Positions 19,301-31,114 are shown, numbered from the stretch's first letter. The stretch: DNA of 64,000 bases from an uncultured candidatus Porisulfidus sp. (GCA_965215125.1 OZ244052.1:1280001-1344000); one strand, 5' to 3'. Made by a program: numbers and translations. The notes: generated by a model from the sequence alone, not told the origin.

Positions 19301-22300
19301 AGATACGGCCTACGCCGAGTATCGCGTACAGTATGCTTATACCGACGGGCAAGGCTATATACAAGCACTTATATCCGAAGTATTTATTTTTATATCAGAT
19401 GTTGATATAGACAACAACGGCTTGATAGAAATAAATGATTTGGAAGGTTTGGATGCCATTCGCTATCAACCGGACGGCACCGGTTATAGAGCCAACAAGA
19501 CGGCGGATAAGATTACCACAGGTTGTCCCGATGCGGGTTGCGAGGGCTACGAACTAACACGGAGTTTAGATTTTGAGCAAGGCACAAGTTATCGCAATGG
19601 AATTATCGGCACGGCTTGGACGACGGGTTCGGGTTGGCTACCGATCGGTACTTCGGAAGCACCTTTTGATGCCACATTCAATGCAAGTAGTCATACAATT
19701 TCTAATTTGCGAATAGATAGGAGTAATGCTGCCAGAGGTGTTGGTTTATTCGGTATCACGGCAAGTAATGCCGAGATAGCAAATGTCGGCTTATTAGATG
19801 TGGATATTTCGGGTAATCAAGGTGTAGGTGGATTAGTCGGGTACAAACAGGGCGGTTCTATCATCGGTAGTTATGTAACAGGACAAGTGAAAGGGAGTGG
19901 CACGTACGATGTGGGAGGATTAGTCGGTTGGCATCGTGGTGGGACGATTTCCGATAGTTATTCAAGCAGTACGGTAGTGGGATTTCGTCGCAATGTCGGT
20001 GGTTTGGTGGGTGATAACGACGGTGGCACAATCAGCGATAGCTATGCAAAAGGGAGTGTGAACGGTGAGGAAGAAGTCGTCGGTGGTCTGGTTGGCAGGA
20101 ACAGCAATACGGGGATTATCATGCGTAGCAGAGCGGAAGTCAAGGTGGACGGAGGCGGTAGAGTCGGTGGTTTGGTTGGGGAAAATAGCGGGATTATTAC
20201 AAATAGTTATACCCGAGAGCGCATCATAGGCATGGCGGATGTGGGGGGGATGGTTGGTTGGAATTTGGGCGATATTACGAATAGCTATGCTCTCGGATTT
20301 GTAAAAGGCGATAACGGAGTCGGAGGCTTTGTCGGTAATAATCTTCAGGGTACGATTACGAATAGTTATGCTAGAGGTAATGTGGACGGTGCGAATCGCT
20401 ATGTCGGGGGCTTTGTCGGATGGAGTGCAAGAGGAGCCATTATAAACAGCTATGCTCAAGGTAATGTGAGAGGCAAAGACGGGGTCGGAGGATTAGTCGG
20501 GGTTAATCTAGGTCTAGCTAACAACTCGGGTGTCGGCAGAGTTACTAAAAGCTATGCGACAGGTCGTGTGAGAGGAGATACCAATACCGGCGGACTAATA
20601 GGAGAGAATAGGGACGGTCATGTTGAAAAAAGTTATTGGAATAAAACCAATAACCCTACTGTAGTAAGTGCCGGTGGCATTTCTAGGACCAGCGTAGAGA
20701 TGCAAACACCTACGCAGCCGGGCAATAATGCGACAGAGATTTATTACGATTGGAGTCCTGCCGATTGGGATTTTAGCGCAACCGATCAATACCCGACGCT
20801 CAAAAACGCAGTGGGACCCGATCAAAGTCAACCGGCATGTGGCACTGCCGAAGATCCGGATTGCGGCACACCGTTAACCGAGCAACTTCAAATCGTACGC
20901 ACATCACCTATAGAACCGATATCGGATATCAGATTATTGACGGGATTCGTGAAAGAATTGAATGTCGTATTAAGTGTCGGTATTGGCGACGGTCCGACCC
21001 AATTCAAGACCAGTGTTAAGTCTAGCAACCGCAACATTGCAACGGCGAGCATAGCCGAAGGCGGCGGTTTAATTCGTACACTTCGTGTTTTAACCGGTTC
21101 GGATATCGGTAGGTCGGAGATTATGGTGTCGGTGAACGACGGTGAAGGTTTAGCCGATTCTGTAAGTAGTACGGAATTTGTGGTGACCACAGAAACGAAC
21201 GATGCCCCTAAAATTACAATCACATCACTGTCCGAATTAGTACCGGTGGATGACAGGATAGTGATCTCGGTCGAAGTGATGGATGATAATTTTGATGCCG
21301 GCGATAGAGTGCTCTTAACATCATCCGTGGTGCCGGAAGTGTTGGTGGAGCCGAGACAAATTGTCGGAATAAGTAGTAATAAGACGGAGCGCATTACGCT
21401 GAAGGGTGTTAGAGGGGGTACTGCGATGGTTGGGTTTACTGTAATCGATAGCAAAGGGGCGTCCGATAGTGAAACCGTATCGGTGCGTGTTGATGCGAAG
21501 CCGACCGGTAGTGTGCGCATAAGTTTCACTAATAAATGGTTATTGGGTTCGACTTCAACGATAGAGGATGCGGGCGGTATAGCCGAGGTGAATTATCGGT
21601 GGTATAGAAACGGCGTTGCTATAGCGAATGCAACCAGCCGAACCTATATGATAGCGGATAATAAAGCGGGACGCGCTACCGGCACAAGCTATCGCTTAGA
21701 ACTGACGGTTATAGACAGTATAGGGCAATCGGTAGTTATTCAATCCAACTCGCTTAGAGTTGCGAATGAACGGCCGGTTATCGCAAGCACTACTGCAACG
21801 GAGATGATCGATGAAGGCGATACGCAAGATATTAGCGTCAGTGCGAGCGATCCGAACTATGACGACTTAATGTATCGCTGGAGCGAGGACTCCGGGGTAT
21901 TGATTAATGATAATCGCAACCCGGCAACACTCGGTATTCCACCCGACTATATAAAAGATGCCGCATCCTCGCAGACAACAGTTAATTTAGAGGTGAGAGT
22001 AAGCGACGGAGATCTCGCTACGACCGGGACGGTATCGGTGGTGGTCAACAAGCAGAACAATGGTTCTGCAACTTTAGGAAATCTCATAGAAATAGGAAGC
22101 AGAGAGACGACATTAACGGCGACGGTATTATCCGACGATCCCGACAATGGAGTTAGTGGGGCTGTAGGATATCAATGGCAAGTCTGTGAAGGGAATGAAG
22201 GGAGTTGTCCATCGGAGAGTAATTGGATGAATATTAACGACGCCGGCGGAACACAATACATCATATCGGATTCTGGTATTTTGTTGGAAGGTGGCAGTAC

Positions 22301-25300
22301 ATTTCCCTTAGTACGGAATGGCAGTCTATTTCGCGCAGCAGGGACTTATACCGATGGTCAAGGTTATCGCGAAGTAGTGTATTCGCAAGGCTATAGTTAT
22401 TCGGGGCGTGTCAATGCGTCGCCGACGATTAGCGGCCTACCTGCGCAACGGATCAGGCTGTTTGAAGGCACAGAGACCGAGTTTGAGGTGGAACTAAACG
22501 ATCCCGATGCCGACGATATTTCCGGCGATCTAGTATTCGGTGTTCAATCCGACACAACCGAAGTTGCAAGGGTTGATGTAGAAGGAGCGGGTACGACCCG
22601 TACGATTAAGATTACCGCTATCGGTGTCGGTATGGCGACAATCACTGCGACGGTCAACGATGGTAGAGGTGTGTCGAACTCCGAAGTCTCGGAACGGTTT
22701 GAGGTGGAGGTTGAAGGGAATGAAGCCCCGATGCTTGAGATTTTTGCCGCACCCAATCGAACGATAGGGCTGGGCAACACCACGCAAGTAATGGTTTTGG
22801 TGTCGGATGCCGATTTTGATGTGGGCGATCGTGTTGTTCTGGAGGCGGTGTCGTCAAGCCGATCTATCGTATCGGTGAGACCGACGAGAACCGACCCTAT
22901 AGCGACCGATATGAGCGTACCCTTTACACTAAGCGGTATTAAAGCAGGAGTAGCGACTATTGTATTCACTGCAACGGATAGGAGCGTGTCAACCGATAGT
23001 GTATCTTTGCTGATATCCGTTGATGCGAAGCCGACCGGTGGTGTGCGCATAGAACCGGATAGCAGTAATCAATGGTTACTGCGTGTGGCTTCAACGGTAG
23101 AGGATGCGAACGGCATTGTTGAGGTAAATTATCAATGGTATAGAGAGGGTGTTGCTATAGCGAGTGCTACCAACCAAACCTATATGATACCGGACAATAG
23201 AGATGGACGTGCCGCAGGCACAAGCTATAGTTTAGAAATGACGGTTATGGATAGTCTAGGGCAATCGGTAGTTATTCAATCGAACTTCTATAGAGTTGCA
23301 AATGAACAACCTGTTATTACCGTTCCTGTAGCAGAGATCAGTGAGGGTGACAGGCAGGATATTAGCGTGACAGCGGGTGATCCGAACTATGACGACTTAG
23401 TGTATCGCTGGATTGGGGACTCCGGGGTATTAAGCAATGAGAATAGCAACCCGGCGAGATTAAGCATTCCACCCTACTATATAAGAGATGCCGTATCCAC
23501 CCAAACAACACTCAATCTAGAGGTGGAAGTAAACGACGGGGAGCTCTTTACGACAAGCACGGTATCGGTCGTGGTGAACAAGAAAAATAATGGTTCTGCG
23601 AGATTAGGAGCCTCCCTAGACGAAATAAATGGAGATACGGCAATCATGGCAACCGTATTCTTAAATGATCCTGACGGAGGCACCGGTGGAGCTGTGGCGT
23701 ATCAATGGCAGGTATGTGAAGGGAACGAATTCTTTTGTCCGTCGGTGAATAATTGGCTGGATATTGATGGAGCTAACGAAGCACAGTACATCATATCGGG
23801 TTCTAGTATTTTGGTGGAAGGTGGCAATAGATTTCAGATCGTAAAAGATATCAGTGTATTTCGTCCAGAAGTGACTTATACCGATGGTCAAGGTTATCGC
23901 GAAACGATTGACGCGCCGGGGTATACTCATTCACAGCGTGTGAATAATTCGCCGACGATTAGCGGTCTACCTGCGCAACGGATTAGGCTGTTGGAAGGGA
24001 CAGAGACCAAGTTTGAGGTGAAACTGAACGATCCCGATGCCGACGATATTTCTAGCAATCTAGTATTCGGTGTTCAATCCGACACAACCGAAGTTGCAAG
24101 GGTTGATGCAGTAGGAGAGGGTACGACCCGCACGATTAAGATTACCGCTATGAGTGCCGGTATTACGACAGTCACTGCGATGGTGAACGACCGCAGAGGT
24201 GTGTCGAACTCCGAAGTCTCGGAACGGTTTGAGGTGGAAGTCGAAGAGAACGAAGCCCCGATGTTTGAGGTTATTGCCGCACCGCAGCCGGCGATAAGGT
24301 TGGGTAACACCACACAGGTCGTGGTGTTGGTGTCGGACACTAATTTTGATGTCGGCGATCGTGTCGTTTTGGCGGCGAGGTCATCAAGCCGGTCTATCGT
24401 ATCGGTGATACCGATGCAAACCGATGCGATAACGACTAATGCGAGTATAACCTTCACACTGACCGGTGTTACAGTAGGAACAGCCACTGTCGTATTCACC
24501 GCAATGGATAGCAGAGGATCAACCGGCAATATATCTTTGTTAGTGCGTGTTGGTGCGCATCCGACCAGTAGTGTGCGCATAGAACCGGATAGTAGCAATA
24601 AATGGTTACTGCGTGCGACCTCAACGATAGAGGATGCGGACGATATCGTTGGGGTGAATTATCGGTGGTATAGAAATGGCGTTGCTATAACGGATGCTAC
24701 CAGCCGAACCTATATGATAGCGAATAATAGAGCGGGACGTGCGACCGGCACAAGTTATAGACTAGACCTAATAATCATGGATAATCTAGGACAATCGGTG
24801 GTTACTCAATCCAACTCCTATATCGTTGCAAATGAACGACCGGTTATCACAAGCACTACTGCAACGGAGGTGATCGGTGAAGGCGATACGCAAAATATTA
24901 GCGTGAGTGCGAGTGATGCAAACTATGACGACTTAATGTATCGCTGGAGCGAGGATTCCGGGGTATTTAGCAATGACAATAGCAACCCGGCAACACTCGA
25001 CATTCCACCCGACTATATAAAAGATGCTGCATCCACCCGAACGACGCTCAATTTGGAGGTAGAAGTGAGCGACGGGGAGCTCGCTACGACAAGTGCGGTA
25101 TTGGTAGAAGTGAGGAAGAAAAATAATGGTTCTGCAACGATACGAATCTCCGTAGAAATAGTAAGCGGAGGGACGACATTAACGGCGATGATATTATCCG
25201 ACGATCCCGACGGAGGCACTAGTGGGACTGTGGTGTATCAATGGCAAGTCTGTGAAGGGAATGAAGGGCGTTGTCCCTCGGAGAGTCATTGGATGAATAT

Positions 25301-25526
25301 CGACGATGCCGGCGGGATACGGTACATGATATCGGGTTCTAGTATTTTGGTGGAAGGTGGCAACAGGTTCTCTGTAGTAGAGGATGGCAGTCTATTTCGC
25401 GTCAAAGGGACTTATACCGATGGTCAAGGTTATCGCGAAGCGGTTTATTCGCCGGAGCGTGTTTATACAACTCGTCCGCTGCTTAGGATTCGCACCAAAG
25501 TATTTTTAGAAGGCCCTCTTCAATAA
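16353..25526 (+). CDS. Giant secreted surface protein/adhesin (GLUG-motif repeats + cadherin/Ig-like repeats)
   Basis: Signal peptide, two DxDxDGLI-led GLUG blocks (VGGLVG..NSYATG), ~510-aa repeats spaced 1530 bp apart (22421 vs 23951), and C-terminus KVFLEGPLQ. Confidence 0.85.
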   Translation: MAHKIFILLAFFLCAMPWQFAAAQTSPLSPCSSTDIDKDNDGLIDICDLEGLNVIRYQLDGTGYKANELAEKITAGCPGNRCRGYELMRDLDFLDANSYRSGVIRRDWVVGSGWLPIGSVVAPFGSGNVIQDSMFEGNGYAIRNLMINRPNSDNVGLFAVNGLGGGIKDIRLLDVNIQGKSRVGALVARNEPGKIRNSYVSGSIRGVSRIGALVGYNSFTSLASPVLENSSATGVVIGTGDKVGGLVGSTYSTIKNSQAFNTVSGVAEVGGLVGTTAETSLRTGQIINSRAVGNVTGVNSVGGLIGRAGTAFGSNPDSPWRIINSHATGTVEGQIWVGGLVGNADIIHIENSSAHGEVIATGSAQWAGGLVGLINKEGGRIDKSHATGSVTGIRRVGGFLGGATGVRFDDSYATGRVQGGQGSRDVGGFTGISSGGSITNSYATGMVQVRGKSEDIGGFIGENVGTHIMNSYAIGNVRGGQGSSGVGGLIGSTERVNIINGYATGRVQGGQGSRDVGGFIGISSGGIIRNSHATGDVEGGGRVGGFVGQSEGTRIMNSYAASHVRGDGTVGGFIGDSSAVITNSYATGHVEGGGRVGGFVGFHDNGSITNSYAIGNVASGRDAGGFVGFHNNGSITNSYAIGNVKAERASGFNAGGSGFITNSYWDRQTSGRTSSVGGRGKTTSELQLPTTSTGIYSSWDDDVWDFGTSEQYPALKYSDGTLQPNQRFGLLRVGLPSGLILSPSFKSEVLSYRVIGETGIRQIRLTPIAANFDADIIIESSGGFRERMPSGTTSSEISLNTAGVTTATVEVRTPYDVPIRYTLAFNDRTFNEGERIILERITARDVDDSVLRYKWTQTSGMLRLLPVEGISQAVLDVPIPELFLSETEDDREITIRLEINDGTKTETKDLRLTIAKADNGTAVQSDPIITRSDRTLTAPEVDLSTDPDGSGTINSYLWQRRANINADWIDIEGVTGNMYRVPEDTAYAEYRVQYAYTDGQGYIQALISEVFIFISDVDIDNNGLIEINDLEGLDAIRYQPDGTGYRANKTADKITTGCPDAGCEGYELTRSLDFEQGTSYRNGIIGTAWTTGSGWLPIGTSEAPFDATFNASSHTISNLRIDRSNAARGVGLFGITASNAEIANVGLLDVDISGNQGVGGLVGYKQGGSIIGSYVTGQVKGSGTYDVGGLVGWHRGGTISDSYSSSTVVGFRRNVGGLVGDNDGGTISDSYAKGSVNGEEEVVGGLVGRNSNTGIIMRSRAEVKVDGGGRVGGLVGENSGIITNSYTRERIIGMADVGGMVGWNLGDITNSYALGFVKGDNGVGGFVGNNLQGTITNSYARGNVDGANRYVGGFVGWSARGAIINSYAQGNVRGKDGVGGLVGVNLGLANNSGVGRVTKSYATGRVRGDTNTGGLIGENRDGHVEKSYWNKTNNPTVVSAGGISRTSVEMQTPTQPGNNATEIYYDWSPADWDFSATDQYPTLKNAVGPDQSQPACGTAEDPDCGTPLTEQLQIVRTSPIEPISDIRLLTGFVKELNVVLSVGIGDGPTQFKTSVKSSNRNIATASIAEGGGLIRTLRVLTGSDIGRSEIMVSVNDGEGLADSVSSTEFVVTTETNDAPKITITSLSELVPVDDRIVISVEVMDDNFDAGDRVLLTSSVVPEVLVEPRQIVGISSNKTERITLKGVRGGTAMVGFTVIDSKGASDSETVSVRVDAKPTGSVRISFTNKWLLGSTSTIEDAGGIAEVNYRWYRNGVAIANATSRTYMIADNKAGRATGTSYRLELTVIDSIGQSVVIQSNSLRVANERPVIASTTATEMIDEGDTQDISVSASDPNYDDLMYRWSEDSGVLINDNRNPATLGIPPDYIKDAASSQTTVNLEVRVSDGDLATTGTVSVVVNKQNNGSATLGNLIEIGSRETTLTATVLSDDPDNGVSGAVGYQWQVCEGNEGSCPSESNWMNINDAGGTQYIISDSGILLEGGSTFPLVRNGSLFRAAGTYTDGQGYREVVYSQGYSYSGRVNASPTISGLPAQRIRLFEGTETEFEVELNDPDADDISGDLVFGVQSDTTEVARVDVEGAGTTRTIKITAIGVGMATITATVNDGRGVSNSEVSERFEVEVEGNEAPMLEIFAAPNRTIGLGNTTQVMVLVSDADFDVGDRVVLEAVSSSRSIVSVRPTRTDPIATDMSVPFTLSGIKAGVATIVFTATDRSVSTDSVSLLISVDAKPTGGVRIEPDSSNQWLLRVASTVEDANGIVEVNYQWYREGVAIASATNQTYMIPDNRDGRAAGTSYSLEMTVMDSLGQSVVIQSNFYRVANEQPVITVPVAEISEGDRQDISVTAGDPNYDDLVYRWIGDSGVLSNENSNPARLSIPPYYIRDAVSTQTTLNLEVEVNDGELFTTSTVSVVVNKKNNGSARLGASLDEINGDTAIMATVFLNDPDGGTGGAVAYQWQVCEGNEFFCPSVNNWLDIDGANEAQYIISGSSILVEGGNRFQIVKDISVFRPEVTYTDGQGYRETIDAPGYTHSQRVNNSPTISGLPAQRIRLLEGTETKFEVKLNDPDADDISSNLVFGVQSDTTEVARVDAVGEGTTRTIKITAMSAGITTVTAMVNDRRGVSNSEVSERFEVEVEENEAPMFEVIAAPQPAIRLGNTTQVVVLVSDTNFDVGDRVVLAARSSSRSIVSVIPMQTDAITTNASITFTLTGVTVGTATVVFTAMDSRGSTGNISLLVRVGAHPTSSVRIEPDSSNKWLLRATSTIEDADDIVGVNYRWYRNGVAITDATSRTYMIANNRAGRATGTSYRLDLIIMDNLGQSVVTQSNSYIVANERPVITSTTATEVIGEGDTQNISVSASDANYDDLMYRWSEDSGVFSNDNSNPATLDIPPDYIKDAASTRTTLNLEVEVSDGELATTSAVLVEVRKKNNGSATIRISVEIVSGGTTLTAMILSDDPDGGTSGTVVYQWQVCEGNEGRCPSESHWMNIDDAGGIRYMISGSSILVEGGNRFSVVEDGSLFRVKGTYTDGQGYREAVYSPERVYTTRPLLRIRTKVFLEGPLQ

Positions 25527-25533
25527 ATGATAC

Positions 25534-25981
25534 TGACGTTCTCCCCGAATTTAGTACCAATGTTTAAGTTGGTTTTTCCGATAAACTAGAGAAGTTAAAA
25601 ACATTACAGGAGAACTTAATTGATAGAACGGCTCGACGCAAAGCCGGTACGCATCGTCTGCGACAATGGCACTGAGTTTAGATGCAATGCCATGTTCCAC
25701 TGGAACCGAGACCAGCAGGTGGAATTGGACTTTATCCAACCCGGCAAACCGACCCAGAATGCCTTTGTAGAAAGTTTCAACGGCAAGTTCCGAGCTGGTT
25801 GCCTGAGCCAGTTCTGGTTTCGTTCAATAAAAGAGGCCAGAGAGATTATAGAAGACTGGCGCATAGATTATGATGAAGTCCGTGCGCACCGCGCATTGAG
25901 GTATCAACCTCCGAGTGTATTTGCGGAGGCAATAGCATGAAAACTGACATTGCAGGTGGCCCTAAAAATGGGGTAACGTCA
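25534..25981 (+). mobile_element. Internally deleted IS3-family element (448 bp)
   Basis: Ends TGACGTTCTCCCC and GGGGTAACGTCA. Contains a C-terminal integrase-core fragment DNGTEF..PGKPTQNAFVESFNGKFR. No TSD. Confidence 0.9.
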
Positions 25982-26324
25982 GGCTATGATAATACCCGAA
26001 TGGTGACGGAGTTGAGCTTATATGAGCCCGACGCGACGAGTTTAATAGAACGGAGTGAGCGTTATCGTGGCAGCGATGTATCGAGCATTGAATGGATTGC
26101 CCCTAGAGCGGGTGATTATTTGGCATTGGTTGCCCATGTCGAAGGGGGGAGAGGATATTATGAGTTCACGGTCAGCGACGAGAACCTTTTGTCGGAGCGT
26201 GAGATGAAAGAAGCGTAGTAGCAGTGGTGGTTTTGTGGGCTACTCGCTGTTGCTACTCTTATCGCTTGCGATAGTTGTGTTATACCGCATGCGCAGGGCT
26301 GTCTCACATTGCCCGAAACCATAG
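25982..26324 (+). pseudogene. 3' relic of a second copy of the CLCA/vWA gene
   Basis: Closely matches 15918-16328. A small deletion and stop precede the GG-TM tail. Confidence 0.9.
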
Positions 26325-26360
26325 ACAAGCACGCCAATTTAATTTTTTTAACTTTTTTTA

Positions 26361-26387
26361 TTGAATTTTTAGAGATTACCCTTATAT
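26361..26387 (+). promoter_or_regulatory. Sigma32-type heat-shock promoter of groESL
   Basis: TTGAA-N13-CCCTTATAT resembles the RpoH consensus. Confidence 0.6.
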
Positions 26388-26466
26388 CTATGCCTAATTA
26401 GGTATAAAATGCGATACCTTAATTAAAATCATTGAAATAAACATTATAAATAGGAGTCTACGAAGA

Positions 26467-26757
26467 ATGAATATTCGACCTTTACACGACCGTGTCGTAG
26501 TAAAACGCACGGAAGAAGAGAAATTAAGCCCTGGTGGCATTGTCATTCCCGACAGTGCTACTGAAAAGCCTATGAGAGGAGAAGTCGTAGCAGTCGGAGA
26601 GGGCAAACTGCTGGATGACGGCACGGTTCGTGCTTTAACCCTCAAAAAGGGCGATAAGATTTTGTTCGGTAAGTATTCAGGTACCGAAATCAAGCTGGAC
26701 GGAGAAGATATAGTCGTTATGCGTGAAGATGACGTGTTGGCTATTCTTGAGTCTTAA
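26467..26757 (+). CDS. groES: Co-chaperonin GroES
   Basis: [21 protein letters not shown] motifs. Confidence 0.99.
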   Translation: MNIRPLHDRVVVKRTEEEKLSPGGIVIPDSATEKPMRGEVVAVGEGKLLDDGTVRALTLKKGDKILFGKYSGTEIKLDGEDIVVMREDDVLAILES

Positions 26758-26768
26758 ACCGACATTAG

Positions 26769-28421
<1,653 letters not shown>

Positions 28422-28444
28422 CTCGTAGCAACATCTGTTGAAAC

Positions 28445-28473
28445 AAAAAAGCCCTGCTCCGCAGGGCTTTTTT
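28445..28473. terminator. Intrinsic terminator after groEL (bidirectional form)
   Basis: aaaaaagccctgc-tcc-gcagggctttttt. Confidence 0.9.
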
Positions 28474-28608
28474 ATTATATCGTTGACATGTATCAGATGG
28501 TGTTAGATTGCAGTTGTGCAAACGCAACATGACGAGACTACCGCCTACCCCTGCAACTTTTCTGCAGGAGGAGAATAATCCACCCCACAAGCTCAATCGG
28601 CGGTTTAA

Positions 28609-29385
28609 TCACATTATGGGTAAAACGCCTGTTTTGGCTAGACGGTAACCGCCTTGATTGTTAGCTTGTCCTTGTTGGGATAAAAAGTTGCGCACCAGTG
28701 TATGCCCGCTTTCAACATCAATGTTGTATCGATATTCCCCCGCCTTGTTCAAGCCTGCCACACCTTGTGCGTTAAAGAGTTCTCCGCTTCCTGTTATTTG
28801 TGCATTTAACTCTTCGTTTTCATCGGAGCTTAAATCGAAACGGAAATTACCCAGATTGAAGATGCCGAGAATCAAGTCTTGTAATACGATTTCACCTTGT
28901 ATGCGGCTAGGAAACGGTGCGTCTAGCGGTATGAAGATATTAGCGAGCGACAGCTGTAGATTCCCGCTGATCTCCATCGTATTGTTTGCTATAGGCACCG
29001 GTAGACGTTTGACTTCGCTGGTGAGCGACACATCGTATAGTTCGGTTGCAACGGGTGAAATCACGGTCTTTAAGGCAGCCTGCACGAGTTCGGTGTCGGC
29101 TTCTACGCACATGGTTGATAGTCCGATATCGAAGCTGGGGCACCATCGCCAAGAAACCGCGAGCGTCTTTAATTTGGAATTTATCTCGGGTGAGAACGGT
29201 AAATCTTGTAAAAGCAACAGTATGTTGCCGTCGGGTACGGTACCTTGCACATGATTGATTTGTATCGGTAGCGGTACGGCAGGCACATTGTCGACGATAA
29301 AACGCAGCGGTATCGTTGCCGCAAAAGACAATATTATAAGCACCAGCAACACGAAGAACGATAGTATTTTAAGGATTAACCACAT
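28609..29385 (-). CDS. gspN: T2SS protein GspN-like
   Basis: N-terminal TM, TIP..VQGTVPDG, position after gspM. Confidence 0.65.
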   Translation of the reverse strand: MWLILKILSFFVLLVLIILSFAATIPLRFIVDNVPAVPLPIQINHVQGTVPDGNILLLLQDLPFSPEINSKLKTLAVSWRWCPSFDIGLSTMCVEADTELVQAALKTVISPVATELYDVSLTSEVKRLPVPIANNTMEISGNLQLSLANIFIPLDAPFPSRIQGEIVLQDLILGIFNLGNFRFDLSSDENEELNAQITGSGELFNAQGVAGLNKAGEYRYNIDVESGHTLVRNFLSQQGQANNQGGYRLAKTGVLPIM

Positions 29386-29399
29386 GACAATTTATACGA

Positions 29400-29909
29400 C
29401 TAGTTATCGGATTGTTTTAACTCGAAGTAAGCAACCGCCGACACCTTGCCATCCCCTTTATGATTCAGATCAAAGGTATGCAATAGGTGGCCGTTTTGCA
29501 TGCTCTCTTCGAGCCATTTCAACACCTCGCGTCCGCCGGCATCGTCTAGCTTTATTTCTATAAGTTTACCGCCCTCCTCTTCGTCTATGAGTGCGACATC
29601 GGCTTTAAGTTTGTGTTTCTGAAGGCTTTGATCTATCTTCGTGCGTAGTCCGCCGATTCCTCCCATTGCTAAATCGGCACCGCGGGCGGTGTTTTTAAGT
29701 CCGGCAATGGTTGCTATTTGGCTGCGTAGCCAGCGATAGTCTTTATCGGCTTCCCGGTATTGTATCTGAGCCTGTGCATATTGGTTTTGCAGCGGTTGAT
29801 AGACCATCGTATAAAATATTGCAGAAACCACAAAAATAAATAGGGCAATCAGCATAACCTTCTCTCGAGGTTCTCTTTCGTTCCATAATCCGTTAGGTAA
29901 TAACGACAT
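29400..29909 (-). CDS. gspM: T2SS protein GspM
   Basis: WNEREPREKVML, TM, coiled coil and VLKWLE motif. Confidence 0.85.
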   Translation of the reverse strand: MSLLPNGLWNEREPREKVMLIALFIFVVSAIFYTMVYQPLQNQYAQAQIQYREADKDYRWLRSQIATIAGLKNTARGADLAMGGIGGLRTKIDQSLQKHKLKADVALIDEEEGGKLIEIKLDDAGGREVLKWLEESMQNGHLLHTFDLNHKGDGKVSAVAYFELKQSDN

Positions 29910-29938
29910 AGCTTGATATCCGTATGAATTCGGCGCGA

Positions 29939-31045
29939 CTAAGATCTCGCCTCGCTTAACTTAAACTGCATAAGACTGCGTCCCTCGTCGGTATCGGGAA
30001 GTTTCTTAGATTCCACATCAAAATCCACTAAACTTTCAATCTTATTCTTAAAATCGTTGCTCTCTTCGGTAAAACTCACATCCAGTTTGAGGCTGTCACT
30101 GTTTAATTCAAGTTTTTCTACACGGCAAAGCAAACAATTGGATAGTAGTTTATCAACTCGCACCAACATAGACCAAGCATTCTCCTGTCGTTGCTCGCTA
30201 TAAGACCTCAAGTATTCTATGTAGCGTGCTACCTGAGCTCGCACATCCGATACCTCGCCGCCCGGTATTTTTAATTGTTCAACCAACTGCTCGGATTGAA
30301 GTCGGGCATTCTCGGTATATAAATCGTAGCGTTGTGTATCAAAAAACATTATGGTTAGGTGTGCGCCAAAGGCGATAAATGCCAATCCTATCGCTGTTCG
30401 CCAAGGTTTGATGTATGTCGTAGCGGCATTGCTTGTGGCGTATTCGCCTTGTAGTAGGTTGATCGCATCGGGAGGTGCACCGCCGCCCATCATTTCATCG
30501 AGCGGTGCGGGTAAAGCATGAGCATCCTGTTGCCATGCATCGGGTAAGGCTTGTGCGTTATCGCTATAGATATTAAGGTGGCTGGCATGTACATGCACGG
30601 AAACCAAGGACGCGATCCAGTCTATGCTACCGGCACCACCCGAATGAAAGCTATCTCTCATCAAGCAACGTTCACCTTCGTGCCAAACCGTCAGTTGTTC
30701 ATCGGTGTACGGCAAAGCGTATAGTTCGGGAATCATTTTACGAGGCTGTACTTGTTGTTCTCGGGCCAATGCTAAGTAGTCGTCTAACTGTTGTTTGGAG
30801 ACGGCGATAACCGAAACTTGTTCGTCTGCATTTTGGTCAAACGCAAAATGTGTTTTTTCTACCGAAGTGATAAGCGAGTCTTCTAATGCAAAAGGTATAG
30901 TTTGACGCCATGATTTTTTGCTTTTTGCCGGCATGGTGGGTTGGAAAAAAGCGAATTCGTCTATCGGCAACCAAAGTATATCTTTACTTTTGCCGCTTTT
31001 TCCCGCTATTTCTACAAGTTCCGAATCCGGTGTTATTTTCCACAT
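29939..31045 (-). CDS. gspL: T2SS protein GspL
   Basis: IPFALEDSL, PELYALP and INLLQGEY..PWR + TM. Confidence 0.9.
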   Translation of the reverse strand: MWKITPDSELVEIAGKSGKSKDILWLPIDEFAFFQPTMPAKSKKSWRQTIPFALEDSLITSVEKTHFAFDQNADEQVSVIAVSKQQLDDYLALAREQQVQPRKMIPELYALPYTDEQLTVWHEGERCLMRDSFHSGGAGSIDWIASLVSVHVHASHLNIYSDNAQALPDAWQQDAHALPAPLDEMMGGGAPPDAINLLQGEYATSNAATTYIKPWRTAIGLAFIAFGAHLTIMFFDTQRYDLYTENARLQSEQLVEQLKIPGGEVSDVRAQVARYIEYLRSYSEQRQENAWSMLVRVDKLLSNCLLCRVEKLELNSDSLKLDVSFTEESNDFKNKIESLVDFDVESKKLPDTDEGRSLMQFKLSEARS

Positions 31046-31114
31046 TGCTCTGGTGAAGTTTCTTTGCTCAAATTTCCTAAAATACAGCCTTAAATATATA
31101 AATAACTATGCGAT

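Noticed and set aside
25937-26218. 93-aa ORF as a real gene
   Set aside because: It is a chance fusion of the IS3 right end with the vWA-gene relic.
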